Virus record (IMG/VR): IMGVR_UViG_2648501802_000002
Length of the DNA stretch: 64,000 nucleotides
From: a virus
Taxonomy: Duplodnaviria > Heunggongvirae > Uroviricota > Caudoviricetes
Strand: one strand, 5' to 3'
Below are positions 9,863 through 19,055 of this stretch, piece after piece (the stretch's first letter is position 1; every line of letters begins with the position of its first letter). The notes beneath the pieces are model-generated. The model ran no database searches. It was given only the letters and a program-made list of their open reading frames with translations, and had not been told where the DNA came from. The position numbers and the translations under genes are program-made.

Positions 9863-11250
9863 AAAAACCTCTCGTCACCCGTAATGAAATAGCCGAAGCG
9901 ATCGCCCTGCATACAACCTGTATGCCGACACGGGAGATCCCCGGCGCAATTGCCAACTATTTCATGATAACCAGGCGTTTTTATACCCGAACAGATAAGG
10001 CTGTGATCAACAAGCTACTGATAGCCGAGATCAGGGATTATTTGATTGAACAAGGACGTCTACGTTACGCAACAGTGGCAGCAGAAATGAGAAAGGAGGC
10101 ACATAGAATGACCGGTAATAATTTAAATGTTGAAAAAACAGTACCTGTTACGTCAGCTACGCCAGCACCAGCCGTGAATGTCATCCCCAACACCGGAGAC
10201 ACAATCGACAGCCAAACATTGTTGAAGATGGTCAATGAGGCACGTAAGTTATGTGGAGAACCAGAGGTTAGAAACAATAAATTCATCGAAAAAATACTCG
10301 ATGAACTTGAAGGTGAATTTTACACAAAAAGTGCAAAATCCCATGGCACAAGGGCCGGGCGCTCTTTTGAGGTCATAACCATGACCTATAAACAAGCCCT
10401 GCGAGTCGCCGCACGCGAATCAAAAGCGGTCCGCCGTTCGCTACATACCATGATTCAGTCATTGGAACCTATAAATGTAGAAAATCAGCCTGATGAAATT
10501 CCCGTTCTGGAATGGCAGGGAGTACGCGTCGTGACAACCGAGACTCTTGCTAGAGGGTATGGCACTACACCTATTCGTATTCAGCAGAACTACAATCGCA
10601 ATGAAGAACGATTTGTAGAGGGTAAACACTTCTTTAAAATCAAAGGAGATGAGATAAAAAGTTTGCGACTATCTTTTAGCGAGTTGCAAATTTCCCCCAA
10701 GACCAGATCCTTAATACTCTGGACCGAACGCGGAGCGGCACGCATGTCTAAGATCGTAGACACAGAGCAAGCGTGGGCATTCTTTGAAAAACTGGAAGAC
10801 AGCTACTTCCGGCAAAAAGAACAGCAACCGGTCACAATCCCCCAAACATTACCAGAAGCTCTACGCCTGGCTGCCGAGTTGGCAGAGCAGAAAATGCAGT
10901 TGGAACAACAGCTGGTGGCCGCAGCCCCTAAAGTAGATTTTGCCGACCGGGTATCAGTGGCTAATGGAATCCTGATCGGGAACTTTGCAAAGGTCGTTGG
11001 ACTTAAGCAAAACGCCCTTTTCTCATGGTTGCGCCAGAACGGCATTCTCATGGCTTTTGGTGCGCGCAAAAACGTACCGCGCCAGCAGTACATTAACGCC
11101 GGGTATTTCACGGTGAAAGAAGTGGTGCTGGATGATGAAAATGGCTACCAGATACGGCTGACGCCCCAATTAACGGGTAAAGGCCAGCAGTGGTTAACTC
11201 GCAAGCTACTTGATGCTGGTTTGTTAAAACCAGTGGCGTCCTTGTCTTAA
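9859..11250 (+). CDS. ant: Antirepressor (ORF6N domain plus KilA-C domain)
   Basis: Central IPVLEWQGVRVVTTETLARGYG... and C-terminal PKVDFADRVSVANGILIGNFAKVVGLKQN...GYFTVKEV motifs. Confidence 0.85.
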   Translation: MKKPLVTRNEIAEAIALHTTCMPTREIPGAIANYFMITRRFYTRTDKAVINKLLIAEIRDYLIEQGRLRYATVAAEMRKEAHRMTGNNLNVEKTVPVTSATPAPAVNVIPNTGDTIDSQTLLKMVNEARKLCGEPEVRNNKFIEKILDELEGEFYTKSAKSHGTRAGRSFEVITMTYKQALRVAARESKAVRRSLHTMIQSLEPINVENQPDEIPVLEWQGVRVVTTETLARGYGTTPIRIQQNYNRNEERFVEGKHFFKIKGDEIKSLRLSFSELQISPKTRSLILWTERGAARMSKIVDTEQAWAFFEKLEDSYFRQKEQQPVTIPQTLPEALRLAAELAEQKMQLEQQLVAAAPKVDFADRVSVANGILIGNFAKVVGLKQNALFSWLRQNGILMAFGARKNVPRQQYINAGYFTVKEVVLDDENGYQIRLTPQLTGKGQQWLTRKLLDAGLLKPVASLS

Positions 11251-11488
11251 CGTATTCAGACCAGGATTTGCCATAAATTACAGGCATGTGTACGATATGC
11301 CCAACCCTGTTTTTCAGGGGAGGCGCAACGTTATGCGGGGGTTATGAACTCCTGGATGCGTAGCCTCCAGACAGAAAAAACCCTCGCTACAACGTTGCAT
11401 GGAGGCAACCAGCGAGGGCATTCCTTATGTCTGAACAACAAGAGGATAGCCGCAAGCAGTTGCTGTTGCAAGTATGCGGAGCTTCGTA

Positions 11489-11605
11489 ATGACTCTTCAA
11501 AAAGCTTGCAAGTGGATTGTGACCAACATCATTGTTCCTGTCATCATCGGAGCTTCAAGTTCTGTGTTGGCATCAGTGATTGCCTCACTTCTCCACATTG
11601 CATAA
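11489..11605 (+). CDS. Small hydrophobic peptide, 38 aa (MTLQKACKWIVTNIIVPVIIGASSSVLASVIASLLHIA)
   Basis: GGAG 8 nt upstream of ATG; single TM-like segment; terminator follows. Confidence 0.3.
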   Translation: MTLQKACKWIVTNIIVPVIIGASSSVLASVIASLLHIA

Positions 11606-11658
11606 CAACATTGAAGGGCGTTAGTTCGCAGTATAACAGCAGCGCGTTGCGCCCGAAC

Positions 11659-11693
11659 AGGCCACAGGGTAAAACCTGTGGCCTTTTTCGTTT
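11659..11693 (+). terminator. Rho-independent terminator
   Basis: aggccacagg/cctgtggcct hairpin followed by TTTTT. Confidence 0.6.
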
Positions 11694-11803
11694 TATCCAG
11701 CCACAAATCCACATTGAAAAACGCCTTATACAAAAAAACCTGCCAGCAAACTGGCAGGTTTCTGAGCAGATCGTCCAACCCGATCTGGATCGAGTCAGAA
11801 AAA

Positions 11804-11820
11804 TTTGCTCTAATAAATTT
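11804..11820 (+). promoter_or_regulatory. C1 operator-like site upstream of kilA
   Basis: tttgctctaataaattt, 16/17 to P1 consensus ATTGCTCTAATAAATTT. Confidence 0.6.
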
Positions 11821-11889
11821 CGTTTTCTAAGTGCAAAAAATCACCATTTCGAGCTGGTGATTGAAGGTTGATGCAAATTTGGAGAAAAA

Positions 11890-12738
11890 ATGCAACAAAC
11901 ATTCAATGCGGATATGAATATATCAAACCTTCATCAAAATGTCGATCCTTCAACCACCCTGCCTGTTATTTGTGGTGTTGAAATTACGACCGACCGCGCT
12001 GGCCGTTATAACCTTAATGCTCTACACAGAGCGAGCGGACTCGGTGCCCATAAAGCGCCAGCTCAATGGCTAAGAACGCTCTCAGCTAAACAGCTCATCG
12101 AAGAGCTTGAAAAAGAAACTATGCAGAATTGCATAGTTTCGTTCGAAGGCCGTGGCGGCGGCACTTTTGCCCATGAATTGCTCGCAGTGGAGTACGCTGG
12201 TTGGATTTCTCCCGCGTTTCGGCTGAAGGTAAACCAGACATTTATCGACTATCGAGCTGGAAGATTACAACCTGCTATTCCGAAGAGCCTCCCAGAAGCT
12301 CTCCGTTTGGCTGCCGACCTGGCAGAGCAAAAGCAACGGCTGGAGCAAAAAATGCTGATGGATGCACCTAAAGTCGAATTCGCCGAACGCGTTGCTACCG
12401 CCAGCGGGGTTCTAATCGGCAACTATGCCAAAGTGCTCGGCCTGGGCCAAAACTATCTCTTCACCTGGTTGCGTGATAACGGAATTCTGATCGCAACCGG
12501 TGAACGCAGGAACGTCCCCAAACAAGAATACATATCCCGTGGGTATTTCACCCTTAAAGAAACCGTGATCGATACAAGCAATGGAAGCAGGATTTCTTTC
12601 ACGACTCGTATAACCGGCAAAGGTCAGCAGTGGCTGATGAAGCGATTGCTTGATGCTGGTGTGCTGGTGTGCTGGTACCTGTCGCGGCAACGCGCTAACA
12701 GACGTAGTAAGAACCACCAGCATTGTAATGCTGGCTAA
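11890..12738 (+). CDS. kilA: KilA-N domain protein with KilA-C domain (P1 KilA-like)
   Basis: N-terminal KilA-N motif (RYNLNALHRASGL...), C-terminal PKVEFAERVATASGVLIGNYAKVLG. Confidence 0.75.
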   Translation: MQQTFNADMNISNLHQNVDPSTTLPVICGVEITTDRAGRYNLNALHRASGLGAHKAPAQWLRTLSAKQLIEELEKETMQNCIVSFEGRGGGTFAHELLAVEYAGWISPAFRLKVNQTFIDYRAGRLQPAIPKSLPEALRLAADLAEQKQRLEQKMLMDAPKVEFAERVATASGVLIGNYAKVLGLGQNYLFTWLRDNGILIATGERRNVPKQEYISRGYFTLKETVIDTSNGSRISFTTRITGKGQQWLMKRLLDAGVLVCWYLSRQRANRRSKNHQHCNAG

Positions 12739-13570
12739 AGTCACTTTCCTGAGCTGTATAACGATGAGCGATTTTACTTTTTCTGGCTATGAATTGGCCT
12801 GCTTTGTAACACACTCTGGTCTATCCCGTAGCGCCGGGCATATCCTGTCGCAATGTGCAAATCTCGCGGCAACAACCAGTGAATACTTCATTCATAAGCC
12901 TCACCGCCTGATCGCGGCAGAAACTGGTTATAGCCAATCAACCGTCGTTCGTGCATTCCGTGAAGCAGTAAACAAAGGAATCCTGTCAGTAGAGATTGTT
13001 ATCGGCGATCACCGTGAACGTCGCGCTAACCTGTACCGGTTTACCCCATCCTTTTTGGCCTTCGCACAACAAGCCAAAAATGCGCTGATTGAAAGCAAAT
13101 TAAAGATCTCTTCAGCCGCAACCAAGGTTAAAGCTGTTCTCGCTAAGACATTGGCTTTATTTGATTTTTTATCCACACCCCCATGTCAAAATGATACCCC
13201 CTCCCCCTGTCAGGATGACGTGGCAATAAAGAATAAGAAGTCACAAGTTAAAAAAACAAAAAGATCAGTTTCCGGCGCTGCCGGAACGACCAAACTCAAA
13301 AAATTGACTTCATGGATCGCTGGTGCAAAAGCAAAGGCCGACAATCTGCGGTTATCCAAAAAACGCGCTCAAAAACATGAGTTCCAGCAGAAAGTTGAGG
13401 CAGCGGCCCGGAAATATGCTTACCTGAAGAGCAAGCGTTCTCCTGATATTGGCGGGATATCAAACTTCGATAATCTGCCGCATTGCATGACGATAAACGA
13501 AGCTCTGGATATGGTCCTATCTACAAGAAAAGAAAAGGAATTTTATATTCCAACTGGTTTTCGCGGATGA
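12728..13570 (+). CDS. repL: RepL-like lytic replication initiator
   Basis: Follows kilA as in P1; HTH-like SQSTVVRAFREAVNKGIL; start ambiguous (ATG 12728 or 12764). Confidence 0.55.
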   Translation: MLAKVTFLSCITMSDFTFSGYELACFVTHSGLSRSAGHILSQCANLAATTSEYFIHKPHRLIAAETGYSQSTVVRAFREAVNKGILSVEIVIGDHRERRANLYRFTPSFLAFAQQAKNALIESKLKISSAATKVKAVLAKTLALFDFLSTPPCQNDTPSPCQDDVAIKNKKSQVKKTKRSVSGAAGTTKLKKLTSWIAGAKAKADNLRLSKKRAQKHEFQQKVEAAARKYAYLKSKRSPDIGGISNFDNLPHCMTINEALDMVLSTRKEKEFYIPTGFRG

Positions 13571-13665
13571 TCGCGAATGATAGAATCTTTACGTGTATTT
13601 AACGCTCAATACACACTATTTTGTCACCAGTATTATTTTTAACGTTTTTATAGGTAACTTTTTCC

Positions 13666-14181
13666 ATGAAAAAAGTAGTTTTAACGGCCCTTCTGGCATG
13701 TGCCTTGGGGGTTGCTGGGACTGCCTCCGCATATCAGCACACACTCTCCTTAGACTTTGCCCAAGGAAGCGCAACGGTTAAAGGCGGAGATATAAAAGAT
13801 CCAAAAGGCGTGAATATTAAATATCGCTACGAAATGGATTCTACGTGGGGTGGATTAGCTTCGGTCACTTACGAAAAGTCAAACACAAACCTATGGAATG
13901 CCGCCAAAGCCAAGGTTGAGTATGCCTCATTTACTTTTGGTCCGTCATACAGATTCAATGAATTAATGAGTGCATACGGCTTGGTGGGTTTAAGCCATGC
14001 GGATGCAACAGCAAAACTGAATGGACAGTCATATGCTGGCTTTGGAACCGATTTTGCTTATGGACTTGGGCTTCAATTTAACCCATCTCCGCAGTTTGCA
14101 GTTGATCTCTCGTATGAACGTTCTAAACCAGGTGATCTAAGCAATAGCATTTGGATGCTTGGTGTCGGTTACCGATTTTAA
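13666..14181 (+). CDS. Ail/Lom/OmpX-family outer membrane protein
   Basis: Signal peptide MKKVVLTALLACALGVAGTASA; beta-barrel ending GVGYRF. Confidence 0.85.
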   Translation: MKKVVLTALLACALGVAGTASAYQHTLSLDFAQGSATVKGGDIKDPKGVNIKYRYEMDSTWGGLASVTYEKSNTNLWNAAKAKVEYASFTFGPSYRFNELMSAYGLVGLSHADATAKLNGQSYAGFGTDFAYGLGLQFNPSPQFAVDLSYERSKPGDLSNSIWMLGVGYRF

Positions 14182-14228
14182 CTATTTAGTCCCTCTGCCC
14201 TACGCAGAGGGATTTATACTTTGCTCTG

Positions 14229-14492
14229 GTGATATTCGTTATGTTCATTGAGACTAACGCTATGACTATCCTGGTATCTATTCCCATCTATATACTAATT
14301 GGTGGACTGATATACGCATTAAGTCGATATATTTTGCGAGCTAATGCAGAAATGGCCTGGTGGGATCGTTTTTGGATAATGATTTTTTTTGGCATATTCT
14401 GGCCATTAGGGCTCATGTTTGTTGCAACATTTCTTCTGATGTGGATATTCACCCTTCCAGGTGATTTCTATAGAAAAAAAACCAGACATTGA
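14229..14492 (+). CDS. Small integral membrane protein (hypothetical)
   Basis: Two or three hydrophobic helices; start uncertain. Confidence 0.3.
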   Translation: MIFVMFIETNAMTILVSIPIYILIGGLIYALSRYILRANAEMAWWDRFWIMIFFGIFWPLGLMFVATFLLMWIFTLPGDFYRKKTRH

Positions 14493-14674
14493 TACACCCG
14501 CTGCGGTGTGCTTGGGGCTATCAGCTTCAGGTATTACCCGAAAAGCAGATAGAAGAAAGCCCCAGTAAACATTATGCGTCCCGCACAACGCTTAACATTA
14601 ACCGGGGCCATACCTATGCTTAGCGTACTTAGATTAATCCTCTCCTCTGTCAAGGAGCAAGGAATTTTTTACTG

Positions 14675-15271
14675 CTATGCCGCCTTTCCAGTTATGGATT
14701 CTGCGACAAGAACAACCCCATGCTTACTTCGATCCGGATGTTCACTCCATATCTCGGATTCAGGAATACTTTCCCCGTCATAGCAAACACGTTCGCCATC
14801 AAATGGGTAATACTGAGCAGTATCGGTGTCCAGGATAAAAACTTTTAGTTCGGAAGAACGACGAGCGATGTGCTGCCAAAGAGCTTTTCCACCTTCGTAT
14901 TGCTCATTATCACTGAGCAAAACAACACCAGCTTTTGAGGCTACGGTTTCGTAAACAAAAGTGGCTAAACCGACATCCCGGACGATTCCATCAACCACGA
15001 TACCTTCAATCTGGGCAACATCGCTATCCTCCCAGAACTTCCTTACCAGTACGCCTTCAAGCTGCGGGCGACGTTGAAGTTCAAGAGTAGCGACAACCTT
15101 ATGCCGCATATCACCATCGATAACAGAAGGCGCAGCCTCTATTACAGCTGCAAATGGGGTTTTGGAATCCCATATAACCTGGTAAAGCACACCCTGGATG
15201 GTAACGCCGTCCAGGATCGAAAATCGACGAGCGACAGTACCCGGGGAGTACGACATTGGAATCACAGCCAT
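14675..15271 (-). CDS. Hypothetical protein
   Basis: ATG at 15271 with AAGGGGGA RBS; no family recognised. Confidence 0.45.
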   Translation of the reverse strand: MAVIPMSYSPGTVARRFSILDGVTIQGVLYQVIWDSKTPFAAVIEAAPSVIDGDMRHKVVATLELQRRPQLEGVLVRKFWEDSDVAQIEGIVVDGIVRDVGLATFVYETVASKAGVVLLSDNEQYEGGKALWQHIARRSSELKVFILDTDTAQYYPFDGERVCYDGESIPESEIWSEHPDRSKHGVVLVAESITGKAA

Positions 15272-15399
15272 TTTAGAGTCCCCCTTTAACAGTACAGGCA
15301 CAAACATCTACCTCAATAATTGTAGTTTATTAGAACATTAATAATCTAACATAAAACTCCAGACAATGTTATCGATGCATTTTTATATAAAAAGGTTAT

Positions 15400-15422
15400 A
15401 AAAAAAGCTCCCGAAGGAGCTT
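15400..15422 (-). terminator. Rho-independent terminator
   Basis: agctcc-cgaa-ggagct hairpin with U-run on minus strand. Confidence 0.6.
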
Positions 15423-15442
15423 TAAAATACAAGGGATGACTC

Positions 15443-15952
15443 TTAATCCCACTCAATCCAGTTGTAGACGATACGAAGTGACGGGCGCACAGCGGCAGTC
15501 ACATCTTCGGTACTAAAGTCGATTGCATCACTGTAGATTTTGCAGTCCAACATTTCAATTGTTGTAGCAGCTTTTGTCACAGCGTTAACCCCGGAAGATT
15601 TGGATTCAGGGGTAGCAGCCATCGTGATATCAACATAGTCCTTCGCCGCAATGCGATCCTTAATGAACTGAAGAATATCGCCTTCGATAGTCTCCACGCA
15701 CTGGACCTGGATTTCCCCAGAGTTTCGAATTGGTCCGTGCTGGTTGAACTTCACACCATTCGGACCATAGTCCTCCACATCCTCGCGAGTCATTTCAGGG
15801 ATTTGCGACGTACGAACCAGTACACTGATATCTTCATAGCCTGCAAAAGTGAGCTGGAATTCAGAAGATACCAGTCGTTCGCCTTTGGCCGCGTTGGCAG
15901 TATAGCGGCCCTTAATAAATTTACGGTTTCCCTTAGTGTTATTGTGCCCCAT
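15443..15952 (-). CDS. Phage tail protein, possibly tail tube (T4 gp19-like features)
   Basis: About 169 aa, C-terminus ...RIVYNWIEWD resembling gp19 ...LALDYWE; in sheath operon. Confidence 0.4.
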   Translation of the reverse strand: MGHNNTKGNRKFIKGRYTANAAKGERLVSSEFQLTFAGYEDISVLVRTSQIPEMTREDVEDYGPNGVKFNQHGPIRNSGEIQVQCVETIEGDILQFIKDRIAAKDYVDITMAATPESKSSGVNAVTKAATTIEMLDCKIYSDAIDFSTEDVTAAVRPSLRIVYNWIEWD

Positions 15953-15963
15953 ATAAAATCCTT

Positions 15964-16545
15964 TTACTGGAACGCCCGAACAATATCGGAGCTGTTATAT
16001 ATCGAAGAACCGGTCAACTGGAGGTTGACGGTGTTTTTCAGGAAATATCCATTACTGTCCCTTGGCGCATCGAGATCAAAACTTAAGTCCTGGATAGCGA
16101 CATCGGTGATGTTGATCCGGCGACCAATGTTTAGCGTCACACGCTCCGGGATTCGACCACCAACATTGGCCGCTTTTAGTTCCGGGCTAATCATGGCTGT
16201 CAACGCGGCGATAGCGCCTGAAACTTCAATGAATGGATTGTTCAAAGCAATGAAAGTTACGGGCAGCGTGAACGTCGGCGGTGTCCCCCCTTCCCAAACC
16301 ATTAAGCTATTCCAACGGGCAACCGACGTTGTTTCAGTACCTACTTGCACAAAACCACCCAGAGCACCAGAAACAGCCCCCATGGACATACCGGTAAACG
16401 GCGCTTCCCAATTCTGGGCCATGTTCATTGCTGCCCCCTGGCTGATATATCCGGTAACCTGGTACTGAGAGTTCGTTAAAGTAACTTTCAGATATGGCGA
16501 TACACCGTCAGCCTGGCTGTAAACCCCATAAGCTATAGGAGCCAT
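15964..16545 (-). CDS. Phage structural protein (tail-associated, function unknown)
   Basis: In structural operon between sheath and tube-like genes. Confidence 0.4.
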   Translation of the reverse strand: MAPIAYGVYSQADGVSPYLKVTLTNSQYQVTGYISQGAAMNMAQNWEAPFTGMSMGAVSGALGGFVQVGTETTSVARWNSLMVWEGGTPPTFTLPVTFIALNNPFIEVSGAIAALTAMISPELKAANVGGRIPERVTLNIGRRINITDVAIQDLSFDLDAPRDSNGYFLKNTVNLQLTGSSIYNSSDIVRAFQ

Positions 16546-16580
16546 TCAAGTTAAAGGCCGGAGTTCTCCGGCCTCCTCCT

Positions 16581-17396
16581 TTAGCCAAGGCGCTTACGGC
16601 GCAGTTTCATTGACTTTTTGCGGGCAAGTTTTGCCGCGCCGGTCTGGGCTTTTCGACGCGCTTTTTTCAGCGCCGATTTTTGAGCCGCAGTCAGACGTTT
16701 TTTACGCAGGCGCTTACGGATGAGTTTGATCTCACCGTTACGAACAACCTTCTTAAATGCTTCAGTCAGCATTTCATCAGAAGTGCCAGCAACAACAAAC
16801 GCCGCTTCCAGTTCGTCGCGGTCGTCGCTATCTAAACCAGCGATAGAGGCACCAACATCAGCAGCTGCGTCGTCGTCTTCATCGTCAGCCAGTGCTTCGA
16901 TCAGATCATCATCTACACCGCATGCTGCGAGGAAGTCAGCAACATTTGCCCATGCTTCGTTATAGGCATCGTCCTGTTCTTCTGTAACTTCGGAGTCGTC
17001 GTCATCAGAGATACCAGCGATAGCCTGAACGAAACCATCAAGGGAGTCGAAAGTCAGATCACCGCTATCAGCCCAGGCGAAAACGGCGTCGGCCGCATCA
17101 CTCAACGCATTCTGCATAGCACTTCGATTTGCAGCTTCCAGAATCATCTGGTGCGCCTGTTCGACGGTCCATTCTTTACCGTCTTTCCCTTCCAGGATTT
17201 GCTCAGGAGCCGGGGCAGATGGAACGTTATCGTTAGTCTGTGCCGCCGGTTCCGGATTATTATTAATAACCGGATCTGTTGGCGGTTCGGCGCTTGCTCG
17301 GGCAGACTCCATCAGCTGCACAGGATCAGAGTTCAAAGCGAAACGGGACAGTCCATTCCCCAAAAATGCCCCGGATTGAAAAAAGTTTTTGCTCAT
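16581..17396 (-). CDS. Acidic phage protein with basic C-terminal tail
   Basis: Asp/Glu-rich centre, Lys/Arg-rich C-terminus; no family recognised. Confidence 0.4.
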   Translation of the reverse strand: MSKNFFQSGAFLGNGLSRFALNSDPVQLMESARASAEPPTDPVINNNPEPAAQTNDNVPSAPAPEQILEGKDGKEWTVEQAHQMILEAANRSAMQNALSDAADAVFAWADSGDLTFDSLDGFVQAIAGISDDDDSEVTEEQDDAYNEAWANVADFLAACGVDDDLIEALADDEDDDAAADVGASIAGLDSDDRDELEAAFVVAGTSDEMLTEAFKKVVRNGEIKLIRKRLRKKRLTAAQKSALKKARRKAQTGAAKLARKKSMKLRRKRLG

Positions 17397-17405
17397 TGTA
17401 TTCCC

Positions 17406-18995
17406 TTACTTAATAAGCAGCGGTACGCCCTGGATACGACGGGCTACGCCAGTCGGGCAGCAGGCCCAGACTACTTCCCATTTATCGAATTCCGCCTGCG
17501 TAACTTTCAGCACATACGGTTCTGTACCGTCAGCATCAGGATCACGAGGAGCCACCAGAGCGCCGGAGGCGACAAAGCGATCTAAAAGTTTGGTCATCCC
17601 TTTAGTCAGGCCAGCCGCAGTAATACCGTCCGGGCTATGCTTCATCTGGCGGGCTAACTGGACAAAGAAACGGCTGATTGCATTCATCAGGGATGGGACG
17701 TGCTGGAAGTGCAGATAGTTATCCTGCGTGCAGCAAGTTAAAGCATCGTCGATGATCATCTGGCCAGAGGTGCCAACAGATACTTTATTGAGACGGCCCT
17801 TGACCATTGCTTCTTCGTCCGGGGTATCTTCCGGATACAGCGGTTGAATTGACGCACGAGCAATGACGGCACGTTCTTCACCAGCCGGTGAGTAATGCCA
17901 ACCGCCGACATCAGAGTTTTTCTTGACGCCACGAGCTTTCGCCGCATACGCCACGCCAGACAGACCAAAGACCACACGGGATTGGGTCCATTTGTCTTTG
18001 CAGGAGAACGGGTAGTGATAGACAGAACAGCTTACATAATCGGTACCAAGTAAACCGGTATCCTCAACAGCTGGTAGTGCTTCTGCGTACGTTAATGTCG
18101 GTTTGACATCAAAGAAGCCATCAATCAGGCGATCAGAACAGATATTACCTAACGCGGTGATCGCCGCATTGTCATAGCAACCCAGGCCGAGAACAGCGGT
18201 GTACATGTACGGCGCATTGTTCAGCACCTTAACCGCACGCAGGTAGGCTTCGGTGGAGATTTTCGACTGATCGCCGTTGGTACCGCCAGTGAACGCCAGT
18301 GATTTTTTATTTGTTACTTTCGCGGTCGAAATCAGCTCTTCATTTACAACCGCGCGCAGATATTTAGAACGGGCTTCCAGAGCCGTAGGCAGATAACACA
18401 AGCGGCCCATGTCATCTTTCGCTTCTTCCGCCAAAGACACAGTGTGTGTCTCCAGGGTCGTTACCACACCGAGCGAAGTCGTCTGGGTCAGTTTTAAGAG
18501 GAAGCGTTCATTACCTGCGCTGTCCGCTGTTGCCGTTTCGATGGTTAACTCACGGGTAGGTGAAATACACGGATCACCATCATCAACGTAGATAGCAAAG
18601 GCTTCGCCGCTATCAAGTTCAATTTCAGAACCGTATGGCAACGCACTGTAAGCTGGTTCGCCTGATTCATCGAACATAATAATCGGGAACTTCGCATCAT
18701 CCGGAACAGCACGAACAACATAACCAGACGTTTGCTGAATAGCTTCGTACACATGACGAATTGGTTCGAACTGTGAGCCGGAAGACGGCTTCAGCGGTTC
18801 GCCGAGAACATCTTCGTAATTGGACTCAGTAACCGCCAGAACAGTAAACGGCTTGCCACGCGCAAATACGCCAATACCAGCCCACAAGCTGCTATTTAAT
18901 GCAACACCGGTAGATAACGTCGCATCGGCATTGATCGGGCTAACCGCGACGCCGGATGCATTACCTAATGACTGTTGAATTGAATATTGAGACAT
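17406..18995 (-). CDS. Contractile tail sheath protein
   Basis: C-terminal sheath-family motifs (YSPAGEERAVIARAS..., GRLNKVSVGTSGQMIIDDALT). Confidence 0.7.
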   Translation of the reverse strand: MSQYSIQQSLGNASGVAVSPINADATLSTGVALNSSLWAGIGVFARGKPFTVLAVTESNYEDVLGEPLKPSSGSQFEPIRHVYEAIQQTSGYVVRAVPDDAKFPIIMFDESGEPAYSALPYGSEIELDSGEAFAIYVDDGDPCISPTRELTIETATADSAGNERFLLKLTQTTSLGVVTTLETHTVSLAEEAKDDMGRLCYLPTALEARSKYLRAVVNEELISTAKVTNKKSLAFTGGTNGDQSKISTEAYLRAVKVLNNAPYMYTAVLGLGCYDNAAITALGNICSDRLIDGFFDVKPTLTYAEALPAVEDTGLLGTDYVSCSVYHYPFSCKDKWTQSRVVFGLSGVAYAAKARGVKKNSDVGGWHYSPAGEERAVIARASIQPLYPEDTPDEEAMVKGRLNKVSVGTSGQMIIDDALTCCTQDNYLHFQHVPSLMNAISRFFVQLARQMKHSPDGITAAGLTKGMTKLLDRFVASGALVAPRDPDADGTEPYVLKVTQAEFDKWEVVWACCPTGVARRIQGVPLLIK

Positions 18996-19055
18996 AACTT
19001 TCCCTGTTATGCGCCCCGCACGGGGGCGCTATGTTAAACGGAGAACTTCCCCTGA

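Noticed and set aside
11344-11871. 175-aa ORF between ant and kilA
   Set aside because: Cys/His/Ser-rich low-complexity translation spanning a terminator and a C1 operator; the short coupled peptide ORF in another frame is more plausible.
12412-12744. 110-aa minus-strand ORF inside kilA
   Set aside because: Antisense to the well-supported kilA coding frame.
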